64,000 nt of DNA from an uncultured Candidatus Saccharibacteria bacterium (GCA_964562105.1 CAZLRP010000001.1:2949-66948); one strand, 5' to 3'; positions 38,119-47,870 are shown, counted from the first letter of the stretch. Numbers and translations are program-made. The notes: generated by a model not told the origin, from the sequence alone.

Positions 38119-38464
38119 ATTATTTATTTTTCTTTGGCTTCTTTTTCTCTTTTCTTGAATTGTTCCTATCATTTCCCATAATTTTATTCTATCCGCACAC
38201 TAACTCTATCATTAACAAAAACGAGATGACAGAATTAGTGAGTAGATTAATTAAATTTGCTAATAACAGATTTATTGTACCATAAAAATATGCCCCTTTG
38301 CTATATTATATTTTTATTATAAAATTGTAGCAGAAGTTCATCATATTATTAGAAGAGAGAGGTGATCCGTCCACATCGTTTTTTATGCTATGCAAAAATG
38401 GGGGTGGTAAAAGAAAGGTAATAAAAAGTAGCCAACAAATCCGGTTTTTACCTAAGAGGTAATT

Positions 38465-38653
38465 ATGGCACAAGAAAGGTGCTATGAATGCAATTCTGTA
38501 ATAAAAGAAGTGGAACCATTGGATGCTCCGAATCTCGTTACCTATGGAGGTCCATGCAAAGCATGTGAGAAAAAAAAAGAAGCAGAAAGACAAAATAGCC
38601 AAACGATCTACAATGTTAAAACTGGCACATTATCAACGGTACCTTCTCTATAA
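38465..38653 (+). CDS. small Cys4 zinc-ribbon protein
   Basis: CYECNS...CKACEKKK. Confidence 0.35.
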   Translation: MAQERCYECNSVIKEVEPLDAPNLVTYGGPCKACEKKKEAERQNSQTIYNVKTGTLSTVPSL

Positions 38654-38723
38654 AAAAGTAAGACACCCCATGTTATATGTGGGGTGTTCTTATTTTAACA
38701 TGATAAAAAATAGCGATGGTTTC

Positions 38724-39311
38724 TTACGAAGGAATTACAAGGGTTACATAATCCAGCTTGCTAAGATCAATTTTTTCATCAAAATTATTTACAACTCCAC
38801 GCGCTTTTCTTGGAGATACGCCAAGCTCCGTACAGAAGTAGTAGTGAAGATTGATAATATTTCCTTCAATTGCATTTCTCTCAACAGATGGTAACTTTAT
38901 TTTTATTTCTGCCGGATAGCTATAATAACGTTCGGGGAAAACCGGCTCCATGACGAAAGCATGAATTCTTTTATACCCTTTGGCAGACGAAACTTTAATT
39001 TTTAAATTCGGATCACCTTTTTCAATTGATATTTGTAAACTATCAGGCAAGAAAATATAACCATGGACAGGATTGAATGCCGATAAGCTATCATTTTTTA
39101 TATAAAGACTGAAAGAAATTTCATACCCTCCATCGGAAGCTTTCGCCAAAAACAATTCTGTTTTCCTATTGGATTGAAAAAATAATTTCAATTTCGGCCT
39201 TTTTAAAAATCGGAGCCATGGCGGTACCAATAAAGAAAAAATTAACGCAACCAAAAACATTGATAAAAAAATAGTTCCAAAAGAATTTCCAAAAATTGTG
39301 CTTATACTCAT
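38724..39311 (-). CDS. hypothetical membrane-anchored protein
   Basis: N-terminal TM helix; 195 aa. Confidence 0.45.
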   Translation of the reverse strand: MSISTIFGNSFGTIFLSMFLVALIFSLLVPPWLRFLKRPKLKLFFQSNRKTELFLAKASDGGYEISFSLYIKNDSLSAFNPVHGYIFLPDSLQISIEKGDPNLKIKVSSAKGYKRIHAFVMEPVFPERYYSYPAEIKIKLPSVERNAIEGNIINLHYYFCTELGVSPRKARGVVNNFDEKIDLSKLDYVTLVIPS

Positions 39312-39435
39312 ATCAAATATTCTATCATTTTTATTAAATTGTTAAAACCCAAATAAAAAACACCGGATTTGCTATTTAAAGTAGTTTTGCTAGCATTAAT
39401 GTCAGAAGTAAAATCTTAAAAAACAGGGGGTAAAT

Positions 39436-39873
39436 ATGATTAGTTATCAATTACTCGGTCCAAAACAGCTTTTGGAAGAAGACGTTTCGGATATCAATTT
39501 CCTTCTTCACCAACTCACCAGCAGTTCCCCAATATGGCTGGATTTTGAAAGAATCAAAGACATTGCGAAAAATTCTCATTTTGCAGTCGCTCGTGATGAG
39601 AAAAAACGAATTATCGGGATGAGCACTTTAACCATCTCGCATATTCCAACAGGAATAGTCGGACATCTTGATGATGTAGTTGTCGCCATATCCTCACGGA
39701 GGCGTGGTGTTGGTGAAGGACTTATAGAGTTTTTGATTTGCGAGGCAAAAATGAAATATTCGATAGATCGAATTAATTTGACTTGCAAGCCAAGCAGGGT
39801 GAAAGCAAACAAACTTTATCAAAAGCTTGGGTTTCGAAAACGCGAAACTAATTGCTATGTACTAAAATTTTAG
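39436..39873 (+). CDS. GNAT family N-acetyltransferase
   Basis: VVAISSRRRGVGEGLI acetyl-CoA-binding motif. Confidence 0.8.
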   Translation: MISYQLLGPKQLLEEDVSDINFLLHQLTSSSPIWLDFERIKDIAKNSHFAVARDEKKRIIGMSTLTISHIPTGIVGHLDDVVVAISSRRRGVGEGLIEFLICEAKMKYSIDRINLTCKPSRVKANKLYQKLGFRKRETNCYVLKF

Positions 39874-39994
39874 TACCAAAAACGGTGACTTCATATGATG
39901 TCACCGTTTTTATTGTTATTAATAAAAAATAATCATTAAAACTTGCCTCAAAGCAAAAAATAGGTTAAATTAATGCTTGTTCGACCAAATACAT

Positions 39995-40081
39995 GGAGAG
40001 GTGGCTGAGCGGTTGAAAGCGTCAGTCTTGAAAACTGAAAGGCTCGCAAGGGTCTCGCGAGTTCGAATCTCGCCCTCTCCG
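39995..40081 (+). tRNA. tRNA-Ser (anticodon TGA)
   Basis: type II tRNA with long variable arm; anticodon loop CTTGAAA; T-loop GAGTTCGAATCTC. Confidence 0.8.
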
Positions 40082-40109
40082 CTGTGATATTAATAACTAA
40101 AAGCATCGA

Positions 40110-40679
40110 GTGATGATTCATAACCATAAAAAATATCTGCTCATTGATTTTTTTGGAGTAATAGCAAAAGAAGTTGCTCCTTTTTGGTTTAATAAATATT
40201 TTTCAGAAGAGTGCGCTTTAAAATTACAAGAAGAAATATTTTCAGATAACATTGACATAAAAGTTAATTCCGAATATGAAATGTATGATATCTTGTCTAA
40301 ATTAATTAATAAAACGCCGAAAGAAATAGAACATGAGATGTTGGCGCTTGTTTTTATAGATGACAAAGTAATCTCGATCCTAAGAAGTTTAAAGAAAAAG
40401 TATATTATCGTACTATGTTCAAATGCTTGTTCTGGTTTCGTAAGAAAAATTATCAAAGATCACGATTTAAGTGATATTTTTAGCGAGATGTACATATCCA
40501 GTGAAATGGGAGTTGCCAAACCAAATGTTCAGTTTTTCCAAAAAGTACTTAATCAATCTAAAATTTTAGAAAAAGAAGCCTTCTTTATTGATGATAATCA
40601 GAAAAATATAGATGTTGCAGAATCTTTAGGAATTGAATCAATTTTGTTTAAAAACACAAGCACACTTCAAAATCTTTAG
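40110..40679 (+). CDS. HAD superfamily hydrolase
   Basis: LIDFFGV motif I region; 189 aa. Confidence 0.65.
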   Translation: MMIHNHKKYLLIDFFGVIAKEVAPFWFNKYFSEECALKLQEEIFSDNIDIKVNSEYEMYDILSKLINKTPKEIEHEMLALVFIDDKVISILRSLKKKYIIVLCSNACSGFVRKIIKDHDLSDIFSEMYISSEMGVAKPNVQFFQKVLNQSKILEKEAFFIDDNQKNIDVAESLGIESILFKNTSTLQNL

Positions 40680-42472
40680 ACTACGTCAACAATCCTCAAT
40701 CTCAACTCTTCCCTACCTCCAAAAAAACTTTTCTCCAGATTCGCAAGTAAATCTATTTTTTCTCCTTTTTCTATTTTCACGGGAAAATCTTCCATCTTAA
40801 CAAAAAAACCAATCGCAGAAATAATTTGCCCTTTCTTATTTTTAAAATTTAGTTTCAAATGTTCATTTTTCTTTCCAAAAATTTTTACATCAGAAATTTC
40901 AATATTATGAAATGCAAAAATCGGTTTTGGATTATCCATTCCAAAAGGTGCAAGCAAACTGATTTCTTTTTCTAAATTATTATTTACATTATCAATATTT
41001 AAGAGAGCGTCCGCAATCAATTCTTTGTCTTCATTTTCGGACACGCTCAATTTCTGATATGCAACCTCAAGCCCATCGGCAAGCAAATCAACTTTTTCCA
41101 AACTCACAGAAAATCCGCCGGAAGAAAAATGTCCACCATACTCGTCAAATAGATGCGCTGATTTTCTCATCATCTCTACAATATTTACACATCCGTCAGA
41201 CCTGCATGAACCTTTCAGGGTTTTTCCTTCTTCTCTTCCCCAGAGAAAAACGGGGCCATTGTGCTCATCCATAAGCGAGTTTGCAACAAGCCCAAGAAGC
41301 GAAGGTTTCCAATCAGGGTTTCCCGCGACAAGAACTTTTCTTTTTTTGTTGGGATCAAATTCATACCAATGTTTTCTGATTTCTTTTACCATTGAAGCTA
41401 CGATCCCTTTTCTCTCATCATTTATTTTATTTAGATGAAGCGCATATTTGATGGCCTCGTTCTCATCTTTTGTCGTGAGTAAATTAAAAGCGTCTTCCGG
41501 AATTCCCATCCTTGAAGCCGCATTTATGCGAGGAGAAATCATAAAACCAATATCATCCTCGGTAATATTTTTTTGATCTGTTTTTATAATAGAAAGCAAT
41601 CTTTGGAGCCCTGATCTTGGAGATTTTCTCAAAACTTTCAAGCCATAGTAAGCAAAAAGTCTGTTTTCTCCGATAAGCGGAACCATATCGGAAATAGTGC
41701 CGATTGCCACCATATCTAGGAGCCACTTTTCCCAACCTGCCGTAAGACAGGTTGCTCCGAGAAATGTCGAGGAGTTTTCTCGTATTTTTTTTATCAAAGC
41801 CTGCACAAGCTTGAAAGCCACACCTGCTCCACAAAGATTTTTATCTGGATATTTACAATTTTTTTGTTTTGGATTGAGTATTGCGAGTGCATGAGGCAAT
41901 TCTTCCCTTGCCCCGTCAAATTGGCTTTTTATTTGACTGGGGTTTTCATCCAGCGAAATTCTTGGCAAGTGGTGGTCCGTGATTATCAAATCTATTTTGT
42001 GTTTTTTTATTTTTTCCGCTTCTTCAACATCGGCAATTCCGCAATCTACAGTAATAATCAAATCCACTTTATTTTTTGCAAATTCGTCCACTGCTTCATC
42101 ATTCAAACCGAAACCTTCAAGAACTCTGTGTGGAATATAATTTTTAAAGTTGTCATAACCGATTTTTTTGAAAAAGTCGTGCAAAATTACAGCACCGGGA
42201 ATTCCATCTGCATCATAATCGCTGTATATAACAATCTTTTCTTTCTTTTCAACAGCCGCCAAGATTCTTTCTACGGCTTTTTCCATTCCGAGCATTAAAA
42301 ACGGGTTATTATTTTCTTCAAAAATAGGGTTTAAAAGGGTTTCGGCTTCTTTTTCTGTTTTGATTCCTCTGTAATACAAGAGTTTGCGTAAAATTTCCGG
42401 AAATTTTCCCAATTCCTCATTAATTTTTTCTGGAATCTCATCTTTTACTAAATATTTTTGCATAAATAACAT
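40676..42472 (-). CDS. recJ: single-stranded-DNA-specific exonuclease RecJ (carries an in-frame palindromic-element insertion)
   Basis: DHH motifs (LIITVDCG, LIITDHH); 598 aa; contains the PSQIKSQFDG insertion. Confidence 0.9.
   Translation of the reverse strand: MLFMQKYLVKDEIPEKINEELGKFPEILRKLLYYRGIKTEKEAETLLNPIFEENNNPFLMLGMEKAVERILAAVEKKEKIVIYSDYDADGIPGAVILHDFFKKIGYDNFKNYIPHRVLEGFGLNDEAVDEFAKNKVDLIITVDCGIADVEEAEKIKKHKIDLIITDHHLPRISLDENPSQIKSQFDGAREELPHALAILNPKQKNCKYPDKNLCGAGVAFKLVQALIKKIRENSSTFLGATCLTAGWEKWLLDMVAIGTISDMVPLIGENRLFAYYGLKVLRKSPRSGLQRLLSIIKTDQKNITEDDIGFMISPRINAASRMGIPEDAFNLLTTKDENEAIKYALHLNKINDERKGIVASMVKEIRKHWYEFDPNKKRKVLVAGNPDWKPSLLGLVANSLMDEHNGPVFLWGREEGKTLKGSCRSDGCVNIVEMMRKSAHLFDEYGGHFSSGGFSVSLEKVDLLADGLEVAYQKLSVSENEDKELIADALLNIDNVNNNLEKEISLLAPFGMDNPKPIFAFHNIEISDVKIFGKKNEHLKLNFKNKKGQIISAIGFFVKMEDFPVKIEKGEKIDLLANLEKSFFGGREELRLRIVDVV
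41911..41942. repeat. P1 palindromic element (CCCCGTCAAATTGGCTTTTTATTTGACTGGGG) inserted in frame in recJ
   Basis: imperfect inverted repeat CCCCGTCAAAT/ATTTGACTGGGG around loop TGGCTTTTT; encodes PSQIKSQFDG on the gene strand. Confidence 0.85.
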
Positions 42473-42487
42473 TATACCAGAGAAACA

Positions 42488-42528
42488 AAAAAGGCGGGTT
42501 TTGCCTTTGGCAAAACCCGCCTTTTTTG
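42488..42528. terminator. bidirectional terminator between recJ and tpiA
   Basis: AAAAAAGGCGGGTTTTGCCTTTGGCAAAACCCGCCTTTTTT. Confidence 0.8.
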
Positions 42529-42536
42529 TTTTGCAT

Positions 42537-43298
42537 TTACTTTATTTCTCTTATCAATTCCACAAAATTATCAATTTTTAAGCTCTCTCTTCCAATCAAA
42601 AGCCCGTCAACATTTCCCTTCTCAATTATTTCCTTGAAATTATTCTTTGTCACTGAACCTCCATAAAGTATTTTTACTTTTTTTACAGCTTCGGCACCTA
42701 AAGTATCGCTTATCAATCTTTTTATAAAAATGCTTATTTCATGAAGCTGATCTGGTTTTATTGCTTCGTTTTCCGGTTTTCCGATGGCCCAGACGGGCTC
42801 ATATGCGATTATCAGATTCTTAATCAATTTTCTTGGTAATTTTGTGATTGCATCTTCAATCTGCTTTTTGATTTCATGGTAATGGTCGCCGTGTTCATTT
42901 CTTTCCTTTTCCCCCGCGCATAGTATTACTTTAAAACCCTCTTTCAAAGACCCCCACATTTTCTCTTTTACGACTTCGTCGCTATCAAGAGTCGCTCTGC
43001 GTTCGGAATGACCCACTAAAATATACTTCACACCAGCTTTTTTTAGTAATTCTACTCCGACTTCCCCAGTATGAGATACCCCAAGCCCCACAAATACGTC
43101 TTGAGCTCCCAAAAGAATTTTTTTTGATGAAGAAATAGCGTTTGAGACCTCATTTAAAAATATAAAAGGCGGACAAACCACCAAACGAACATCACCAAAA
43201 CCTTTTGATTTGTTTTTTATCTCGGTTATTATCTGCCCCGCGTCCTCTGCCGATTTCGGATTCATTTTCCAATTCGCCACGATTAATTTTTTATTCAT
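42537..43298 (-). CDS. tpiA: triosephosphate isomerase
   Basis: AYEPVWAIGKPE, VANWKMN motifs. Confidence 0.93.
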   Translation of the reverse strand: MNKKLIVANWKMNPKSAEDAGQIITEIKNKSKGFGDVRLVVCPPFIFLNEVSNAISSSKKILLGAQDVFVGLGVSHTGEVGVELLKKAGVKYILVGHSERRATLDSDEVVKEKMWGSLKEGFKVILCAGEKERNEHGDHYHEIKKQIEDAITKLPRKLIKNLIIAYEPVWAIGKPENEAIKPDQLHEISIFIKRLISDTLGAEAVKKVKILYGGSVTKNNFKEIIEKGNVDGLLIGRESLKIDNFVELIREIK

Positions 43299-43339
43299 AC
43301 GGTAAGATTATACCATTTTAAAAATATTTGGTATAATTG

Positions 43340-43450
43340 AGATACGAATATACAAATAATACTAATGATACGAATGGCAACGAATAAGAAATTAATTTGA
43401 TTCATTTGTAGCCATTTGTAACATTCGCATAATTCGTTAATTCGTATATC
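43340..43450. repeat. heptamer array (long)
   Basis: GATACGAATATACAAATAATACTAATGATACGAATGGCAACGAATAAG...TTGTAGCCATTTGTAACATTCGCATAATTCGTTAATTCGTATATC before an ATG. Confidence 0.7.
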
Positions 43451-43452
43451 AT

Positions 43453-43914
43453 ATGGAAAACAAAATCTCTTGGGTGGCGTTTGAATATAAAAGAAAAGAA
43501 AAAACCGCAGACTGGTATTGGGCAGTAATTCTTATATCTTTGGTCATAGTGGTAGCATCCATCATCATGCACAATGTTCTTTTTGCAATATTGATAATTA
43601 TCTCCACTGTAATTCTTATGTCATTTTCCGTAGTCGCCCCAAAAACAGTTGAGATAAGTGTAAATCAAAAGGGTGTTACCGTAGGAAAAGAAATGTATCC
43701 CTTTGCAACTCTTGAACATTTTTGGATAGAAAGTACAGACGAAGAAAACCAAAAGATTTTATTAAAATCCAAGAAATTAATTATGCCACTTATAGTTATC
43801 CCCCTTGAAGAACACCATCATCTGGATGTAAGAGAATTTTTACTGCAATATCTTAAAGAAGTAGAAATGCATGAGCCTTTGTCACAGAAAATAATGGAGC
43901 GATTAGGTTTTTAG
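43453..43914 (+). CDS. hypothetical membrane protein
   Basis: two TM helices, 153 aa. Confidence 0.45.
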   Translation: MENKISWVAFEYKRKEKTADWYWAVILISLVIVVASIIMHNVLFAILIIISTVILMSFSVVAPKTVEISVNQKGVTVGKEMYPFATLEHFWIESTDEENQKILLKSKKLIMPLIVIPLEEHHHLDVREFLLQYLKEVEMHEPLSQKIMERLGF

Positions 43915-43935
43915 CTTGTAGCTTTTTAGCTTCTT
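43903..43935. repeat. GTTTTAG-type 9-mer array
   Basis: GGTTTTTAGCTTGTAGCTTTTTAGCTTCTTAG overlapping a gene end. Confidence 0.45.
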
Positions 43936-43985
43936 AGATGATAAATTAAAGCCGATGGAAAATAAATTTTCATCGGCTTTAAAAT

Positions 43986-44057
43986 CCTCTCGTCGTTCAA
44001 TGGATAGGACACAAGCTTGCGAAGTTTGTAATGTTGGTTCGATTCCAACCGAGGGGA
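43986..44057 (+). tRNA. tRNA-Arg (anticodon GCG)
   Basis: cloverleaf; anticodon loop TTGCGAA; D and T arms nearly identical to tRNA-Arg(TCT). Confidence 0.65.
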
Positions 44058-44080
44058 CAATATGAAAAAGTTGCAAGCGA

Positions 44081-44132
44081 AAAAATAGCAAATTAAAAAC
44101 GACCAAACAGGTCGTTTTTAATTTGCTATTTT
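44081..44132. terminator. bidirectional terminator between tRNA-Arg(GCG) and rpsT
   Basis: AAAAAATAGCAAATTAAAAACGACC AAACAG GGTCGTTTTTAATTTGCTATTTTTT. Confidence 0.7.
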
Positions 44133-44398
44133 TTCGCTTTCGTTTTATTCAGAAATAAAGTAATTCTTGATTTATATCTTGCACCTGCGTTTTTCTTTAT
44201 AAATTTTGTTTTTACAGCTTTGTCTATCGCCGTATAAACTTCCGGTAGCATTTTTTCCGCTTCTTTTATTTTATTTCCAACAATAAGTTTCTTGATGCCT
44301 TTCAAAGCTCTCTCCATGGCATTGCTTCTTCGTGTATTGAACACTTCTTTCTTTTTTGCAACTCTTAAGGCTTTTTTAGCTGATGATGTTATAGGCAT
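44126..44398 (-). CDS. rpsT: 30S ribosomal protein S20
   Basis: SAKKALRVAKKKEVFN...S20 pattern. Confidence 0.85.
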   Translation of the reverse strand: MPITSSAKKALRVAKKKEVFNTRRSNAMERALKGIKKLIVGNKIKEAEKMLPEVYTAIDKAVKTKFIKKNAGARYKSRITLFLNKTKAKK

Positions 44399-44544
44399 TT
44401 TTTTATTTAAGTTATTTAATCAAATACTAATCGAGACACGATTTTTTTGACAGGTCTATACATTAACATTTTTTTATAAAAATGCAAATATGTATTTTGT
44501 GTTATACTTAATTTTGTTTAATAAGAGCAAGTGAGAAAAATTAG

Positions 44545-44608
44545 CCAGACCCCAGTGAAATAAAATCTTTAAGGATTTTATCCGCTAGACGCGGATATTT
44601 CACAGGGT
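44545..44608. repeat. CCCAGTGAAATA...TATTTCACAGGG palindromic repeat (copy 2)
   Basis: same arms, different internal sequence; upstream of ruvA. Confidence 0.6.
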
Positions 44609-44649
44609 GATGATTTTGTACATTCGCTTTGCTCATAACAAAATCAATC

Positions 44650-45219
44650 ATGATAGCAAAAATAGAAGGTATAGTTTGGGATACTAATAATAAATTTTTA
44701 ACTGTTGGAGTTGGTGGTATTGGATTTAAAATTTTTACAACTGCAGAAACAAAAGATATTGCGCAAAAAGAAGAAAAAATTTCTTTATTTACTCATTTGG
44801 TAGTCAGAGAAGATGCGCTCGATCTTTATGGATTTCTTACGGAAGAAGAATTAAAATTTTTTGAAATGATAATTTCTATTTCAGGTATTGGTCCAAAAAC
44901 TGGCTTGAATGTTTTAAATATCAGTTCGGTCTCCGCACTGAAACGTGCAATCTCAAGTGGCGACACTTCACACCTCACAAAAGTTTCCGGCATCGGAAAA
45001 AAGATTGCAGAAAAAATGGTTCTTGAACTAAAAGATAAAGTTATGATTACGGAAGAAGAAAATGATTTAAGTTTGAGAGATGAAATAGATGCTATAGAAG
45101 GTTTGAAATCTCTCGGTTACAATCCAAAAGATGCGCGTGATGCATTACGCGAGGTTGATAAGAAAATTTTAAAAACCGGAGACAGAATAAAAGCTGCGTT
45201 GAAAATTTTAGGTAGATAG
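44650..45219 (+). CDS. ruvA: Holliday junction branch migration protein RuvA
   Basis: MIAKIEG...GIGF...SISGIGPKTG HhH motifs. Confidence 0.88.
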   Translation: MIAKIEGIVWDTNNKFLTVGVGGIGFKIFTTAETKDIAQKEEKISLFTHLVVREDALDLYGFLTEEELKFFEMIISISGIGPKTGLNVLNISSVSALKRAISSGDTSHLTKVSGIGKKIAEKMVLELKDKVMITEEENDLSLRDEIDAIEGLKSLGYNPKDARDALREVDKKILKTGDRIKAALKILGR

Positions 45220-45345
45220 GTTTTAGTTTTTAGTTGCTAGGTTTTAGGAAACACAAACTAGGGATTTTTCGCTTTGCGAAAAATCCCTAGTTTGTGTTTG
45301 AATTTTCTAATAGCTAAAAACTAGAACCTAAAACCTAACTTGGTG
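45216..45345. repeat. GGTTTTAG 9-mer arrays flanking a terminator between ruvA and fpg
   Basis: GGTTTTAGTTTTTAGTTGCTAGGTTTTAGG ... [terminator 45249-45299] ... CTAAAAACTAGAACCTAAAACCTAA; the arrays supply the TAG stop codons of both convergent genes. Confidence 0.6.
45249..45299. terminator. bidirectional terminator between ruvA and fpg
   Basis: AAACACAAACTAGGGATTTTTCGCTTTGCGAAAAATCCCTAGTTTGTGTTT. Confidence 0.8.
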
Positions 45346-46254
45346 AACATCGCAATAGTGCGCGCTTCTTCCGCCAATTTTTATTCTTCTGATAATTCCA
45401 TTGCAGTTTTTCTTCTGGCATTTTTCTCCCGTTCTTCTGTAAACTTTGTGAATTTTTTGATACCCGCCTTTTTCTCCAAATGGATTCCTATAATCAGACA
45501 TGGAATCTCCGCCAACTTTTATGGATTGATTTAAAACTTTAATAATATTTTTAAAAAGTTCTTTCAATTTTACCCCTTCAATATCTTTCACTTTTGACAA
45601 AGGATGAATGGAAGACATCCACAAAACTTCATCGGAATAAATATTCCCGATTCCGGAAATAATTGTCTGGTCCATGAGAACAGTTTTTATTTTTCCGTTC
45701 GATTTTTTATTAATTCTTTCCCTGAAAATTTTGTATGTAAATTTTTTTTGCAATGGTTCGGGCCCAAGCTTTTCAAGATCGGTTATTTTATTAATTTCAT
45801 CAGTATTGAAAACAAAAACTTTAGCAAACTTTCTTGCATCGGACAGAACTAAATTATTTTTATCCGATAAGCTAAACGCAAGATGGATGAAACGATTGTA
45901 TGGATCAGAGAGCGGTCCATCCCCGAGAGGGAACCATTTTCTACCTGCCTGCGCAGGCAGGTTCTCAAACTTATATTTTCCATATAAAAGATGCCCTGTC
46001 ATTTTTAAATGAATTAGAATAGTTTTGCCATCTGAAACATCGATTAACACGTTTTTCGCTTTGCGCTCAACGTTTAAGATTTTTTTATTCAAAATTTCTT
46101 TTCTGAAAAATGGAAAATAGTTTTTGTCTTTGATATTATTTTTACCCTTATGAAATGAAGAATCGTAGTCTGTCCACACATCCAAAATAGTAAGTCCTTT
46201 GACTTTTTTATTTAAAATATTTACTGTCGTTTGCACTTCTGGCAACTCTGGCAT
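45328..46254 (-). CDS. formamidopyrimidine-DNA glycosylase (Fpg/Nei family)
   Basis: MPELPEV N-terminus; C-terminal zinc finger C..C...C..C. Confidence 0.88.
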   Translation of the reverse strand: MPELPEVQTTVNILNKKVKGLTILDVWTDYDSSFHKGKNNIKDKNYFPFFRKEILNKKILNVERKAKNVLIDVSDGKTILIHLKMTGHLLYGKYKFENLPAQAGRKWFPLGDGPLSDPYNRFIHLAFSLSDKNNLVLSDARKFAKVFVFNTDEINKITDLEKLGPEPLQKKFTYKIFRERINKKSNGKIKTVLMDQTIISGIGNIYSDEVLWMSSIHPLSKVKDIEGVKLKELFKNIIKVLNQSIKVGGDSMSDYRNPFGEKGGYQKIHKVYRRTGEKCQKKNCNGIIRRIKIGGRSAHYCDVHQVRF

Positions 46255-46381
46255 AATTTGAAGTGTAAGGCTAAAAAAGTAAAAAGTAAAATGTGTTTTT
46301 TAGAGGCAAGGTCTCCTCATGCATTTGAGGCCTTGCCTCTAAAACTTCATATAGTTGTATTAATTAATTTAATAACTTAAA

Positions 46382-47257
46382 ATGCTAATTATGAGCAAAA
46401 GTATCACATCAAAGATTCTAATATCTGTAGCCGTACTTGCCATCGGTATTACTGCTTTTATATTTTTTACACAAAAAATAGAAATAAAAAATAAACAATC
46501 TGAAAAGATAAAAATTTTGATAGTTCCCGGACATGAGCCGAATGCCGGTGGCGCTGATGAATTTAAAGCTATAAAAGAAAGAGATTTGAATCTCCAATTA
46601 TCTATTGTATTAAAAAATAATCTCACACAAAATAAAAATCTTGAGGTGATTTTGGCCCGTGATGAAAATGGCTGGAACAGTGATTTAAAAAATTATGTTG
46701 AAACAAGTTCAACAACAATCATGAGTTGGGTTCTAGATATGAAGAAAAAAATGTTGGCTAAGATTGATGTTGGAGAAATGAAATTGATAGATCCAAATAT
46801 GAAACACAACGACGCAACATCAGATGCTGTTTTATATTTATATGGAACAAATAAATGGATTGGAGAAAATAATATTGATCTGGTTCTACATGTCCATTTT
46901 AATAGTAACCCAAAAATAAATGGCAAACCAAACTACAGTGGATACTGCATGTATGTCCCCGAAAGACAATATGGAAACGCTGCGAGAAGCTTGATTTTTG
47001 CAAACTATCTTAACGAAGAAATTTCTAAAATAGAAAAAGCTAGCAACATGCCTCAAGAAAAAGAAACTATTATTGAGGATCAGGCGCTCATAGCGACCGG
47101 CAATTATGACACATTAAAAATTCCCAGCGTCGTAGTTGAATACGCATATATTTATGAACCGATGATGACAAGTTCAAGTACAAGAAATATTTTTATAAAT
47201 AAAGCTGCGTCATCTACAGCAGAAGCGATTAACAAATATATTGAGAATCAATTTTGA
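46382..47257 (+). CDS. N-acetylmuramoyl-L-alanine amidase (Amidase_3 family)
   Basis: ILIVPGHEPNAGG and IDLVLHVHFNS motifs; N-terminal TM helix. Confidence 0.72.
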   Translation: MLIMSKSITSKILISVAVLAIGITAFIFFTQKIEIKNKQSEKIKILIVPGHEPNAGGADEFKAIKERDLNLQLSIVLKNNLTQNKNLEVILARDENGWNSDLKNYVETSSTTIMSWVLDMKKKMLAKIDVGEMKLIDPNMKHNDATSDAVLYLYGTNKWIGENNIDLVLHVHFNSNPKINGKPNYSGYCMYVPERQYGNAARSLIFANYLNEEISKIEKASNMPQEKETIIEDQALIATGNYDTLKIPSVVVEYAYIYEPMMTSSSTRNIFINKAASSTAEAINKYIENQF

Positions 47258-47754
47258 AATAATTGGTATCCAACTATTCCAAACGCTACGGAAACATTCA
47301 AAGATTCCTTCTTCCCCATCATTGGTATTTCCACAATCACATCACAAAGTACCAAAGTTTTTTTATTTATTCCGTTTACCTCATTCCCCATCACAACCGC
47401 CACTGGATATTTAATTTTTACTTTTTTAAAATCCACGGATTTTTTATCTTGTTCAACTGCAATTATCTGAAATTTTTCTTTTTTTAATTTTTTAATTATT
47501 TCTTTTGTATCTTTAAAATATTCCCATGCGATATCTTTTTCGGCTCCCAGTGCCACTTTGGCCAAATCGTTTCTTGCCCTTCCAAATCTATCTAGCGGAG
47601 TTGGAGTGCATCCACACAAAAATATTTTATCAACCCCCAAAGCATCGGAGGTACGGAAAATTGAACCGACATTATAGACGCTTCTTATATTGTCCAAGAT
47701 TACGGCTTTCTTTATTTTTGATTCCTTTTTCATAACAATTGAAATATACACCAA
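47248..47754 (-). CDS. SpoU family tRNA/rRNA methyltransferase (TrmL-like)
   Basis: SVYNVGSIFRTSDALGV, MGNEVNGI motifs. Confidence 0.8.
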   Translation of the reverse strand: MVYISIVMKKESKIKKAVILDNIRSVYNVGSIFRTSDALGVDKIFLCGCTPTPLDRFGRARNDLAKVALGAEKDIAWEYFKDTKEIIKKLKKEKFQIIAVEQDKKSVDFKKVKIKYPVAVVMGNEVNGINKKTLVLCDVIVEIPMMGKKESLNVSVAFGIVGYQLFQN

Positions 47755-47764
47755 AACCTTATTT

Positions 47765-47810
47765 TGTCATTTCCATAATATATTGCTATTCCCGCGCAGG
47801 TAGAAATGAC
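47765..47810. mobile_element. degenerate solo copy of the family-1 hairpin
   Basis: GTCATTTCC...ATTCCCGCGCAGGTAGAAATGAC. Confidence 0.4.
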
Positions 47811-47870
47811 AAGACTTTCAACTTTATAACTTTTAACTTGAAACTATCATTTTATCTTCTTTGTGATAAA

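Noticed and set aside
38523-38894. 123-aa plus-strand ORF and 38306-38602 minus ORF
   Set aside because: Low-complexity, overlapping and antisense to better-supported ORFs; no motifs.
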